Assembly (NCBI GenBank): GCA_002104945.1
Contig: MCFH01000013.1
Span: forward strand, 620,001-684,000
Direction of reading: 5' to 3'
DNA: 64,000 bases
Source: Piromyces finnis finn
Lineage: Eukaryota; Fungi; Neocallimastigomycota
In this document: in pieces, positions 14,801 through 26,070 of the stretch
Numbering within the stretch: position 1 is the first letter of the stretch
How the letters are laid out: the number at the start of each line of letters is the position of its first letter
Notes under the pieces: model-generated
What the model was told of the DNA's origin: nothing
The model's database searches: none
Seen by the model: only the letters and a program-made list of their open reading frames with translations
Made by a program: the position numbers and the translations under genes

Positions 14801-15039
14801 CAATTAACATTATTTATATTTTCTTTTTCATCATTCTCTACAATATTTTTTTCTTTTGATTTATTTTTAAGAAATAGATTTCTTGAAAAACTATTTATTA
14901 AGTTCCAAAGAGCCGAACTTGATTCATTTTTAATATCTTTATTGGAACTATTTTCCGATATTAATTTGGAATCCTTGTATTGGTTTAAATCATTACCAAT
15001 CTTGTCGTTTGAATCAATAAAGTTACTTGTTGTATTCAT
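11812..15039 (-). CDS. Hypothetical 1075-aa Ser/Asn-rich, largely disordered protein; single exon
   Basis: Uninterrupted 3.2-kb ORF with coding-like GC in a stop-rich background. No recognisable domain apart from a small tandem Cys motif. Confidence 0.85.
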   Translation of the reverse strand: MNTTSNFIDSNDKIGNDLNQYKDSKLISENSSNKDIKNESSSALWNLINSFSRNLFLKNKSKEKNIVENDEKENINNVNCDENIKFIDSPFPEELKKEEIDLYNKFMTRNNNSNLNPNIYKLPLHSSKRHNKILRSSSDSMNSYDSDSSEDSISDMNQPFYMPFYSRDSLNNTLTNEKSMNNLAPTQLKNHKPTSIPIYTNEFEHHHKQMAETSYILSSSVLAMQFDHTLTFSPSSENLYDHRHGLNTTPIKENESMSFEDFNDLKEKPSDGLLGSLRESKNLHFSGDFDETNHLNISDFEESNRINNYLNISVDYCDKYINNSKANKTNSGISEKKLVHGDLIDPQNNIEIITNGIPIATLHASVADRKVIENELIKEVIDGNLSEDLNNKKLSTSPFSVHSVHSIQSNRLSSSPEGSSSLSSKRSNNSISSIKKKDHQSHDNYTIDEVVHHYEKRHNSEGSADKRNNKFCSKCKNDIRCLSPSGAMPCCSCRNDIRTISPKLASSSPKSFTSTHPNHKKSLSSDIAVHSISKESTENHALFNKNTNVYNAMNQTSLDDIKFSKNTNVFNAIASPITTLPLEKVREMKEVISKKVPVEIKDDNRVIAHQIANPSAPIKTIKVMSKNQTVLKDMEHLEDESFNINGNSSSAAPVTNKLDKNTGNLDLTNVNTSSLIHAIQNDSILVNKTTCNANPSPNVNSTNAINPISEETNNNNNNNNNNNSKDNKYTQNEVSTFSHLSNTVVIERPSDHDQLVKPAIDTNFLMASKYDSTIMDEKLSVPEEDAILTNPINLLLNESSVTSPKESAVQASSSFETPSTSNSKKTSTVESPINISTTKDNKISSHYLNQNEKFIDTFNYIEIPPSTKHKKRVSVSIDQESTEKVLSNTFSGLDDEKEKEKQEAKKEVVKSLSSEEISREIDKEYRKIQAQIKNDIENNSTHDDLESEISILSPYSPNNINILEQEVSLESAIPIRSAVVTECSQSPFSMTEGKHKGTRSRARSRAQSLNHLRNRSFSGKLGLGSFGLGLANLTNLTENGELAITEDNIYLYNLENDASLDGLSTVSSNLSINLK

Positions 15040-18000
15040 ATTGATATCTAAATAATTTATAAATTATAAATATTTTTTAAAAATATTAGTTTCTTTTTTT
15101 TTACATAATTAAAAAAAAACATTTTTCAAAATACTTGTTTTAATATTAAAAAAAATTATTTAATATAATATTTGAAATAATATTTATATTATTTTTTAAA
15201 TAAATTTGAATATATTAAAAAAGGAAATATTCTATTATTTTAAAATACTGCTGAATACTTTTTTTGTTTTATTTAAAAAATATTTATACTGGTATCGTAA
15301 TTCTGCGAATTTTCTTTGACATTTTATCGTTTTATCCCCATGATTAACCAACTTTAAAAATGGTAATACACTTGATAATACACTTTTTTTTCATATTTTT
15401 TAAACCATCTTTAAATTTTATAATATTTCCGAAAGCATTTCTTTCTATCAAAACTATAAAAAATTTTATGACTTTTTATATCTTTATATTTTCAAAGTTA
15501 TTTTGATAATGATTTTTTATTTCCAAATATTATATACTTTAATGATTTTATTGAAACGCTTTTATCAATAATTAATTTATTTTATCTTTTTATTTTGTAT
15601 TGTTAATTGCTTTTTTTTTTACATATTCTATTAATTTATATTTTTGCTGTATGAATTTATTTGTGTTCTAATGACTTTTCTTTATTTTTTTAATTTAACA
15701 ATTTATACGTAAAGAGAGTTTTATATTATCGATAGAATGAAATACTTTTATAAAATTTTCATATTTTCACTATTTTCTTTTTTTTTTTTTTTTTTTAACA
15801 TATATATTAAATATAAATACTATTTTTTATTTAAAAAGTGTTTTTTAAATTTCAACATCATTTAGAGTTCAAATGATATAGTTATATATATTTGATATAA
15901 TTAAAAAAAAATAAATAATTCTTCGATTGTAATATCAATTCAATGTGCAACATTTGACTATTTAATGTAAATTAAAATAAATACCTTTTTTTTTTTAATA
16001 ATCAATTATATATCAAAAGTTGTTGTTGTTACTTTTTAATTATATATAAATTCTTCATAAATTGGTTATATATTTTTTAAATTGAGATTGTTCTTCTTTC
16101 CCTTTTTTAGTTTTTTGGAAAGTTGCATATTACTTTAGTATAAAAATGGGTCTTTAATAAATCCATATAATTAATTATTTCTTAAGTTTAATAATAAAAA
16201 AAAAAAAGCTTTTTTTTAATTTATATATAATTTTTTTTTTCTTTTTTTTTTGTGGTGTGTTGTTTCTTTTTTCAACAAATTTTAATATAAACTGTAATAT
16301 ATTATAATACAGTGTAATATATATAGCGATTATTTATTATTTATATTTAATGTAAAATTAAAAAAATTTTCTACACAAAAGTTCAATAAATATTTAAAAT
16401 GGAAAAAATAAAAATAAATAAAGCCAGTTTATTACAAATATATTATACAATATATAAAAATATGTTGTATCATTTATTAATAATATAATGGTTAATAAAT
16501 AAAATAAGAATTTTTAAAAAAATTAAAAATTGGCCACATTTTCATCATGCTAATTGTACTACCAACTAATTAACCACCTAAATAACAAATAAACCAACCA
16601 AATCTGGTTAAACTTACTAAATGATTAAAATAAAATAGTTTATTTTTATTTATTTAATAAAAATAAAGGAATTCTCTTTTTTATTTTGTTTAAAATACTA
16701 TTTAAAAAGGTAAAAGTAGTTTATTCGTTTTTTTAGAAAAAAACTAGAAAAAACTAGGAAAAAAACTTTTGATTTACAAAGTTTTCATGGCATGATTTAT
16801 CTACATTAATAATGTACAAACGTAAATAAATAATGTATTAAAAAAAAAAGAATTTTATATAATAGAATAGAATATATTCATATTTATATTTTATTATATA
16901 TTTATAATAAATCTATAATAAAAATTTATATATTTAGTCAATTATTTTAAATATATTAAAAATATATTTATAATAGAAATAAAATAAATAATATTATTTG
17001 AAAGTATAAATAATATATTAATATTCAATAAAATTTCTTATAAATAGAATATATTAAATATATTATATTTATATTATAAATATAATATTATTATATTGTA
17101 ATATTAAAATTAAAAATGATGAATTTTTAAAAAAAAATTTATATACTAATATATTATTATGATAAATTAATATATTATAATTAATTATGTAAATATATTA
17201 TAAATATTTATATTTTTATATATTAAAAAAAAAAAGAACATGAGATTTTTCAGTAAGTCTTGACAATAATGCTTTCAAATAAAAAGTCTGCTTAGGATTT
17301 GTGGTTATAAATTGTTAATTTGAGCCTAAACAAATAGGCAAATGTGTGATTTTTAAAAGAAACTATTTATTGACTAAGGTGAAGCACTCTTCTACTCCCT
17401 TGTGAACCTGTGAAACTAATTAATTTTAAAAAAAATGATACAATCTAGCAATAATTTGAAATTAAACTTTTTTTATTAGAAATTACCAATTTTTTAAATT
17501 ATTTTTTTAATATAATTGTACATCAAATAAATTAAAATGTAAAATAATGTACATTATTGAATACCCAAAAAAAATAAAAAAAATTGGCAAAAAAACCCAA
17601 AAAAAAAATTCATTCATTCATTAAATGAATGAATGAATAATTAGTTAGTTAAATAAATTTATATTAATTAAATTTGATAGAATATTCATTCACAAATAAT
17701 AACATTTTAACTTTAAGGAAAAATAAATATTAAATAATTAAATAAATATAATAATATGATTTAAATAAAATATTTAATAAATAATTAAATAAATGAAAGT
17801 AGTAATAATTAAATAAATCATAAATTAAAAAAAGATTAACTCCTCAAAGGCAAAAGGAGGGAGTAAAGAAATAAATGTAGGAATGAATGAGAACGGTAAT
17901 ATAAAAACATCCTTTCTATTATAAAAATTAAATGATTGTAAGAATGAGTGAATGAATGATTATATTTTTTTTAAAAAAAAAAAAAAAGACTTTAATTTTT

Positions 18001-20013
18001 TAAACTTTCATGCATTGAATAAATTAAAAAAATAAAGTCAATGAATGCAATGAGAGTATATTGAAGGCATAATCTATTTATTAATAAACCAACAAATATT
18101 TTATAATTAAATAGAAAAATACGTTTTTTTAAGGAAATCTTTCATTTTCATATAAAATAATATAAAAAGAGAAAAAACAAATATCAATAAATGTTAAAAC
18201 TTTTTTTTTTTTTGTCATGATTTAAACCCAACTTTGAATTCCTATTGCTACTATTTTGCCTAAGAGAAAGAACTTTTTTTTTAAAGGGTTAAGATTAACA
18301 CAATATAAGAGTAACAGATAATATGTAATTTTTAAAAAAAGAAATTATCAAAATCAATTCAATATTTTAGATGTATTTTATGAATATAAAACTAATTGTA
18401 ATAAATAGACTAAAATCATTTTTAGCACATACCATTATATTACTATTACCTTTTTATATATAGGTTATTACTTTTTCTAATGATTTTGAATGGGCCTTTT
18501 TTTTTAAAATTTTTATTTTCTTTTCTATCCCTTAACCCTTTATCATTTTTTAAAAATGATATCACATGATATGACAGCATTTATAATATAATATAATATA
18601 TAATGTAATATACAATTAATATAATTATAAATATATTATAATATATACAAGAAATACTTTAACCATTAAAAAATTCAAACTTTAAATGCAAAACAAACAC
18701 AAACACAAAACAATAATTCATTGGTAAACTTTAAAGAAGTACAAGAACCAAAATAAATAAATAAAAATGAATGAATAATTAAATAAATTATTATATAAAT
18801 AAATGAATAAAAAGATATAAACTAAATAAACACCAATGAATGGAATGATGCTTTATATAAAATTTAATTAAATAAATGTAAATGAATAAATAATTAGTTG
18901 GATAAATAATTATATAAATAATTAAATAAATAAATAGCTATAAATATAAATAAATTAATAAAATTAATAATTAAATAATTTTTAATTGATCTTTAGGTTT
19001 TTTTTTCTTTCTTTCTTTGCTTTATATGCTTGGTATAAAACTAGTAATATATTTATTAGTGTATTTTTTTTTTTAAAAAAAAGAACAATAGTAGTAACAA
19101 TCATAAAAAAAAAAGGAATGAACATTCTATTCTATTTATTTAATTCATATGAATTCATCGTTTATAATTTTAATTTAGGTTAATAATTAATGTTATTTAG
19201 AATTTCTTAAAAGTCAAAAAAAAAAAAAACAATAATTATTTTAATTCTTAACCATAATTTTTTTTTTTTTTAAAAAAAAAGAATGACTTTATGGTTCATT
19301 AAAAAAAAAGAGTATAAAATGTATATCAGAAATGAATAATGAAATGTTAATAACCAACAATAATAACATGACTTTTTATAAATTAAAAAATATACTTTTT
19401 TATATTATTTTTTTTATTAATAATAAAGTTGTTCATACGTGACATCTTTAATAATTATAATTTTATTTTAAAAGATAGATTTTTTTAAATAAATAATGAG
19501 AAAAAAAAAGAATATTACTAATTTATTTATTAATAATACTACCTAAATGGATATAATAAATAACATGATAATGGATAATAATCTTTTTTTTTTTTTGAAG
19601 ATTGAGTAGAATATATATGTAACTATTGTTATGTTGAAAGAATAATGTGAAAGTGATAATTAAAAATGTTTAATATGGTGTACATTTTAGTTTACTAAAT
19701 TTTATAATCCTTTATCTCTTAATATAAGCTAATTTGGTTAAAATATAGAAAATAGGTTAAATAATTATATATTTAAAAAACAATTATTTATAGTTTATTT
19801 TGATTTTATTTTTTTTTAAGTAGATTCAATTTATTCATAGAGATAGCTATATTTTATATATTACATAGATATAATTTTTCTTTTCAAAGGTTAAACCTTT
19901 TTTTTTAATAGAATCTAAATAGTGATATGAATGAATTATAGTATCTAAAAAAAAATTATTAAAAAGGAAACATTGAAATAAACAAAGATTAAATTATACA
20001 ATTATTTAAAGAT

Positions 20014-20130
20014 ATACTTTTAAATACTAATTAGATAATTAATTATCGTTTTATTTTTTTTTAAAGTTTTTCAAATACTTTTAAATACTAATTAGATAAT
20101 TAATTATCGTTTTTTTTAAAGTTTTTCAAA
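20014..20130. repeat. Two-copy ~61-bp tandem duplication; each copy holds the 14-bp palindrome GATAATTAATTATC
   Basis: ATACTTTTAAATACTAATTAGATAATTAATTATCGTTTT...TTAAAGTTTTTCAAA starts at 20014 and again at 20075. Confidence 0.9.
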
Positions 20131-20714
20131 GCTATAATTTATAAAATTTGATTCTTGAAAGATTACTACATCCATTTTATCATTTTGAAATATTATATAT
20201 ATATATTATATAAATATCAAATATACTATTAAATATCGGTACTTCCAATGTTAAATATTATAAATAAAAAAAAAAAAAAAATTAACTACTAATATCTATG
20301 AAGGAATAAAAAAAAAAAAAGTTGCTTTGTTTATTATTTTTTATAGTGAGAAAATCCATTGATTCTGATTTATATTATAGTTTCAAAAGAAAAAAAAAAA
20401 AAGATAATCCTAATCGTTACTTTGATAAGTGGTACATTTTAAAAATATTAAATTATATAGTTAAGATGGAAAAAAGTTTTAATTTAGCAATTAAAAACTG
20501 TATATAAAATTAAATTTTATTATTTTAAATAAAAGTTAAAAACTAAAAAAAGTATATCATACAAAGTTAAAGTTTTTTTACAATTCCATTTTTTTTTAGT
20601 AATAAATTAAAAAAATACATAAATTATAATGATTTAAAGTATTAATTAATTTTTCTTTTAGTTATATTAACATTTAATATAGTTTTTTTTTTTTTTTTTT
20701 TTGAATAAATTATA

Positions 20715-20858
20715 TTAATGGGAATAATATATATATATTTCATTATTATTTAATAATTATTCTTAATGGGAATAATATATATATATTTCATTATTATTTA
20801 ATAATTATTCTTAATGGGAATAATATATATATATTTCATTATTATTTAATAATTATTC
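20715..20858. repeat. Perfect 3 x 48-bp minisatellite
   Basis: Unit TTAATGGGAATAATATATATATATATTTCATTATTATTTAATAATTATTC-type starts at 20715, 20763 and 20811. Confidence 0.93.
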
Positions 20859-21180
20859 CATTTCCTATTTTATATAAAGATACTAATAAAAGTAATAATC
20901 CAATTAAATATATTTAGAAATGCTTTAGCTAAATAGATAATTTTTATTATAACTTTTAGAATGAAAATTAGAAAAAACAAACTATTATTGTTATAATTAA
21001 ATATTGGTGATTGAAAACTACATATAGAATTTATTGATGAGAAGTAATAGTAAAACTAAAAAGTGTTTTTATTTATATATATTTGATGCTTGTTTTCATT
21101 TTAGAATAATTTTAATGATAATATCTTTTTTTTTTCTTCTTTTTATAAAAAAAAGAAATAATTATATAAACATCTATAGA

Positions 21181-21182
21181 AA

Positions 21183-21269
<87 letters not shown>

Positions 21270-21270
21270 A
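21181..21270. repeat. (AAAT)n microsatellite
   Basis: Direct reading. Confidence 0.95.
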
Positions 21271-22120
21271 ATAAAATAAAATATTAGAATAAAAGATAAA
21301 TTATTAAATAATAAAAGAGGTTAATCTTTATCTTTAATTTTTTACAATAGTAATATTTTATAAAAATATATATGTGCCTTATTAAAAATTTACAAAAATA
21401 TAAATTATGAATATATTTTTTGAGTAAATGTATATAGGTAACTCAAACCATACCAAATGGGTTACACAAGTGCAAAAAATCAAAAGTTCACATACACTTT
21501 TTTTTTTTTTGATATTGGTTTTCAAAATAATTTATTTATTTATTTATTTTTTTTTTATTAGTTATCCTATTTCTTTTCCTAAATTACTTTTTATTAATAT
21601 TCCAAAATATATACATATATATTTGGATTAATAATAAAATATTAAAAGAAATGTTTTTTTTTTTTTTTTTTAAATTCATTTCGAGTGTTAACATTATATA
21701 TTTACTAAAAATTAATAATAAAATTAACAAATTATATATTATCTTTTTAATGAGATTAATAATATAATTAATAAATCATATTATTAAAATATATATTTAT
21801 TGTAGGTAAAATGTTTTTTTTTTTTTTTTTATCTCTTTAAAGAAATATTATTTTAATCCAAGTAGCTTTAAGTTTAAAATATGCTATGAAAAATTCATTT
21901 TTTTTTTTATCTTATTATTTACTATTGATAAATAGTATTATTATTATTATTATTATTATTTTCTTTTTTTATATTTATAAATATTATATTTTATATATAT
22001 TTAATTATTTTTTAATATTTTTCTTTTCTTTTTTCTTTTTTTTTTTTCTATAATTCTATTATATTTTATTATATGGATGGATAATTTTTTTTTATAAAAA
22101 ATTCTTTTATGCTATTTTCT

Positions 22121-22152
<32 letters not shown>

Positions 22153-22155
22153 TTT

Positions 22156-22542
22156 TTAGTTTGGATTTGGGTAAGGATTTGGGTAGATATCAACATCTAA
22201 TTGTTTAAAACTAGCCATGGCATCAAGATAACGACAACAATAGTTGTAACTATAATGTGGATGATCCTTCATACAACTAGGAATGGAAGTAGCACCAGGA
22301 GTAACACAATATAATTTTCCTTCATCTTGATCTTCATGATGATGATCTGGTCTAATTCTAACACAATGTTCGTTTTCAGGATTTTTAAATTTTTCAATAG
22401 GTAAAAGACAAGTATAAATAGTTTTATCTTCATCCCAAGTTAAGAAAAGAGCATCATTTTTAGCACATTCATTAATTGGAAGAGTCTTGACCATTCCAGC
22501 TAAAACTAAAGTAGAAATAGAAAAAATAGTTTTGAAATTCAT
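22156..22542 (-). CDS. 128-aa secreted cysteine-rich protein, copy A
   Basis: Intronless ORF. N-terminal MNFKTIFSISTLVLAGMVKT is signal-peptide-like; 7 Cys. TATA-like AGTATAAATA about 130 bp upstream (22672-22681, minus strand). Identical to 24504..24890. Confidence 0.9.
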   Translation of the reverse strand: MNFKTIFSISTLVLAGMVKTLPINECAKNDALFLTWDEDKTIYTCLLPIEKFKNPENEHCVRIRPDHHHEDQDEGKLYCVTPGATSIPSCMKDHPHYSYNYCCRYLDAMASFKQLDVDIYPNPYPNPN

Positions 22543-23872
22543 TTTTTTTTTTTTAAAGAAAATAATTTAAGTAGTTATTATTATTATTATTATTATTTAA
22601 ATTATAATATATATATATATATTTTTATTTTGTATTGCAAAGAATAAAAAAATTGTAGAGGATTTTACTTTTATTTATACTTTTTTTTTTAAATATATTA
22701 TGTAATTTCATATATGAAATAACAATTATGTATATTTAAATATTTACATTAATAACTAATGAAAATTAAACATTTTAACAGAAAAAAATAAAAAAAAAAC
22801 TACCTATTATTATTATTATTTTCATTGTAGAACATTACATTTGAATGATTCATTTCTGTAAATTTATTTTGTTCAAGAATTTACAAAAAAAAAAAAAAAA
22901 TTTAATATTAAATAAATTAAAAAAAAATAAATTAAATTTTTTAATAAAAAAGAAAAGTTGAACAAAAAGAAAAAAAATATAAAAGTTTGATACTATTAAT
23001 TTAAATAATATAAAAAAAAAAAAAGTAAAAAAAATATATATATATATTTATTGTTTTAAAGATTGAAATGAATAATACAGAAAATAAAAGAAAGAAAAAG
23101 AAAAAAATAATAATATAATTTTCTTTTAGTTGAAGCTTAATGAATGTAATGAACTATTTGAAAATGTTTAAAAAAAATTTTTGTATAAAAAATTAAAATT
23201 TTAAAGGTGGGAGATAATAATAATAATAAAAAAAAGTAAATGTATTTTTTTTTTTTTTTTAAACTAATGAATAATAATAAACTATAAAATAATTATATAT
23301 TTAATATTATTATATTATTATTAATCTATAATGTATTTAATCATATTATATATATAAACAATTTAAATATTTTATAATGAACATATAATTGTTATTTTAA
23401 AAGTAAAATGTTTAATCTTTTTTTTTTTTTTTATAAAAGTTTGAAAAAAAACCTTTAGATTTTTTTTTTAATTATTGAGTATTATTAACGTATATATTGT
23501 TATATGTAGTTTAATAAAGCTCAAAAACTACTTTTGTATTTATTTATTATAATTTTTATTATTATTTAAAGATTATTATACATATAATTTTTATTGAATA
23601 TTAAAAAAGTACATTTCTATTTCAATATTATTACTAATAATAATTGCCAAAATTATTATTCTTTTTTTTTTTTTTATTAAATTTCTACTAGCAATAAAAT
23701 AAAAAAAGTAAATTAATAAAAGAATAAAACATTTATTCATTAATCTATTATCATCAATTAATAATAAAAAGAAAAAAAATATTTGGAGTTTAATTATACA
23801 AAAAAAAAAAAAACTTTTTATTATAATACTATTTATGTATAAAATACTACTTTCTACTTTTATTTTCATATT

Positions 23873-23926
23873 AATTCAATTCAATTCAATTCAATTCAAT
23901 TCAATTCAATTCAATTCAATTCAATT
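23873..23926. repeat. (AATTC)n pentanucleotide microsatellite in the spacer
   Basis: Direct reading; it explains the NSIQF-repeat pseudo-ORF 23835..24062. Confidence 0.95.
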
Positions 23927-24415
23927 TTTTTTTTTCCTTTTATTAATCTTTATATTTAAAAAAAAAAAAAAAGTTCTTTTAGCCCAGATTTTTTATACAA
24001 ATGAACTTTTTTTTTTTAAAAAAAAATTTGTATCCATTTTTTTAAAATACAGAAAAATTTAATTAGAATTTAATATTCTATAATGAATTTTTAATTCATT
24101 TAAATTTTTCAATTTTTACCTACAACAACAACAAAAAAATAAATGGTAGATGTTTAACCAAGAAAATTTTAATTATTATCGATGGTCATTATTATTACTT
24201 TTTATTCTATTATAACCCAATAAAAATAATCGAATAAAAATATTTTTTATTATATATAGATTATATAGAGATATGTATAGATTAATATTTAAAATATATA
24301 TGTATTTTTTTTTTTTTATATCTATTATTAAAAAAGAGTATAAATAATAGTTAAAATTTCCTATATTTTTATTCTTTGCACAAAAACAAACAATCAAAAA
24401 ATAAATAAATACAAC

Positions 24416-24446
<31 letters not shown>

Positions 24447-24503
24447 TTATAATTTAAATAATAATAATAACTACTTAAATTATTTAAAAACAAAAAAAAA
24501 AAA

Positions 24504-24890
24504 ATGAATTTCAAAACTATTTTTTCTATTTCTACTTTAGTTTTAGCTGGAATGGTCAAGACTCTTCCAATTAATGAATGTGCTAAAAATGATGCTCTTT
24601 TCTTAACTTGGGATGAAGATAAAACTATTTATACTTGTCTTTTACCTATTGAAAAATTTAAAAATCCTGAAAACGAACATTGTGTTAGAATTAGACCAGA
24701 TCATCATCATGAAGATCAAGATGAAGGAAAATTATATTGTGTTACTCCTGGTGCTACTTCCATTCCTAGTTGTATGAAGGATCATCCACATTATAGTTAC
24801 AACTATTGTTGTCGTTATCTTGATGCCATGGCTAGTTTTAAACAATTAGATGTTGATATCTACCCAAATCCTTACCCAAATCCAAACTAA
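24504..24890 (+). CDS. 128-aa secreted cysteine-rich protein, copy B
   Basis: Same sequence as copy A. TATAAATA at 24339-24346, about 160 bp upstream. Confidence 0.9.
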   Translation: MNFKTIFSISTLVLAGMVKTLPINECAKNDALFLTWDEDKTIYTCLLPIEKFKNPENEHCVRIRPDHHHEDQDEGKLYCVTPGATSIPSCMKDHPHYSYNYCCRYLDAMASFKQLDVDIYPNPYPNPN

Positions 24891-25143
24891 AAAAATAAAA
24901 AAAGAAAAAGAAAATAGTATGAAAGAATCTTTATATATATAAACAGCAACAATAATAAGCAGTCTATTCAAATCAATTAAATCAATTAGAAATAAAAAAT
25001 AAAAATTAAAAAAAAAAAAAAAAAGAATATAAAAATTTATATAAATATAAAATACATGACATAAAATAAAACAAACAAACTAATCAGTTAGATAAATTAA
25101 TACAATGAAAATTAAAAAAAAAAAATAAGAAAAAATAAAAATA

Positions 25144-25210
<67 letters not shown>
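25144..25210. repeat. (AAT)n microsatellite
   Basis: Direct reading. Confidence 0.95.
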
Positions 25211-26070
25211 TTCAATTTAAAACTAAAAACTAAAAATAACAAAAAAAACAATATATCTATAAATTAATTAATTTAATAATATAAAATGGTTAAAAAAAAA
25301 AAAAAACGAAAGATGATTAAGTAATACCAGTAATTTATCAATGATCCTACCTATTTTTGTCTTTTGATTTTTTTTTTTTTTTTTAACTTTATAATATTAA
25401 AAAAAAAAAAAATTAAAATTTAATTTATTAATCTCTCCAAAAAAAAAAAAAAAATAAATAATTATTTAGTTTGAATAAGCAAAATAAACCATAGGACATA
25501 ATAAAATGTATCAATGGTACTAGATATTTACTAATAATTCTTAAAAAATAAATTATCATTTATTTTAAGCCATATTAAAATTAAAAATAAAATAAAAAAC
25601 AAACAAAATAAATTATAATTAAATAAATAAAAAAAAAAAGTATAATTCTTTTTCATAGTGAAATCATTTTTTATTTATCCTTGTTTTAGCCTTAAAAAAA
25701 AAAAAAAGTTATACAGTTATACAATTAAAAAAACTTTTTCATAAATATAATTTTTTTTTTTTGTGTGTTTGTTTTTTCTTTATTTATATATATATACTTT
25801 ATTTTATTTTTTTTGGAATTGTTGTTGTTTTCTAAAATTTATGATTTATTAAAAAAAAAAAAAAAACAACAACAAAAAAAAAACATTTATTATTAAGGAT
25901 GAGTAATGAAATTTATTTATTTAGTATTATTCATGATATTTTATTATTATTTTTATTATTTTTTTTTTTTTAAAAAAAGGAGATGATTTTTTTTTATATT
26001 AGTTTAAAAAAATAGTTAATATATATATATTTATAGGTATATAGAGGTATATCTATACGCAACCCATTAT

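Larger units (their letters stand above)
22156..24890. repeat. Inverted duplication: 387-bp identical arms (plus diverged flanks) around a 1961-bp spacer
   Basis: The reverse complement of 24504-24890 matches 22156-22542 base for base by my reading; homology decays in the UTR and promoter sequence. Confidence 0.95.

Noticed and set aside
17609-17637. TTCATTCATTCAT-TAA-ATGAATGAATGAA hairpin
   Set aside because: Short opposed tetranucleotide repeats with no other supporting feature.
18282-18542. 12-bp inverted repeat TAAAGGGTTAAG / CTTAACCCTTTA, piggyBac- or MITE-like
   Set aside because: The orientation is opposite to a piggyBac element, no convincing TSD exists, and one such match is plausible by chance in this much AT-rich DNA.
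20715-20858. CRISPR-like array
   Set aside because: The units are contiguous and identical with no spacers, the context is eukaryotic and there are no cas genes.
24855-24890. C-terminal DIYPNP resembles the YPNP start of Bacteroidetes type IX secretion C-terminal domains
   Set aside because: The remaining ~70-aa domain is absent and the protein has a eukaryote-style signal peptide and host-like codon usage; probably coincidence.
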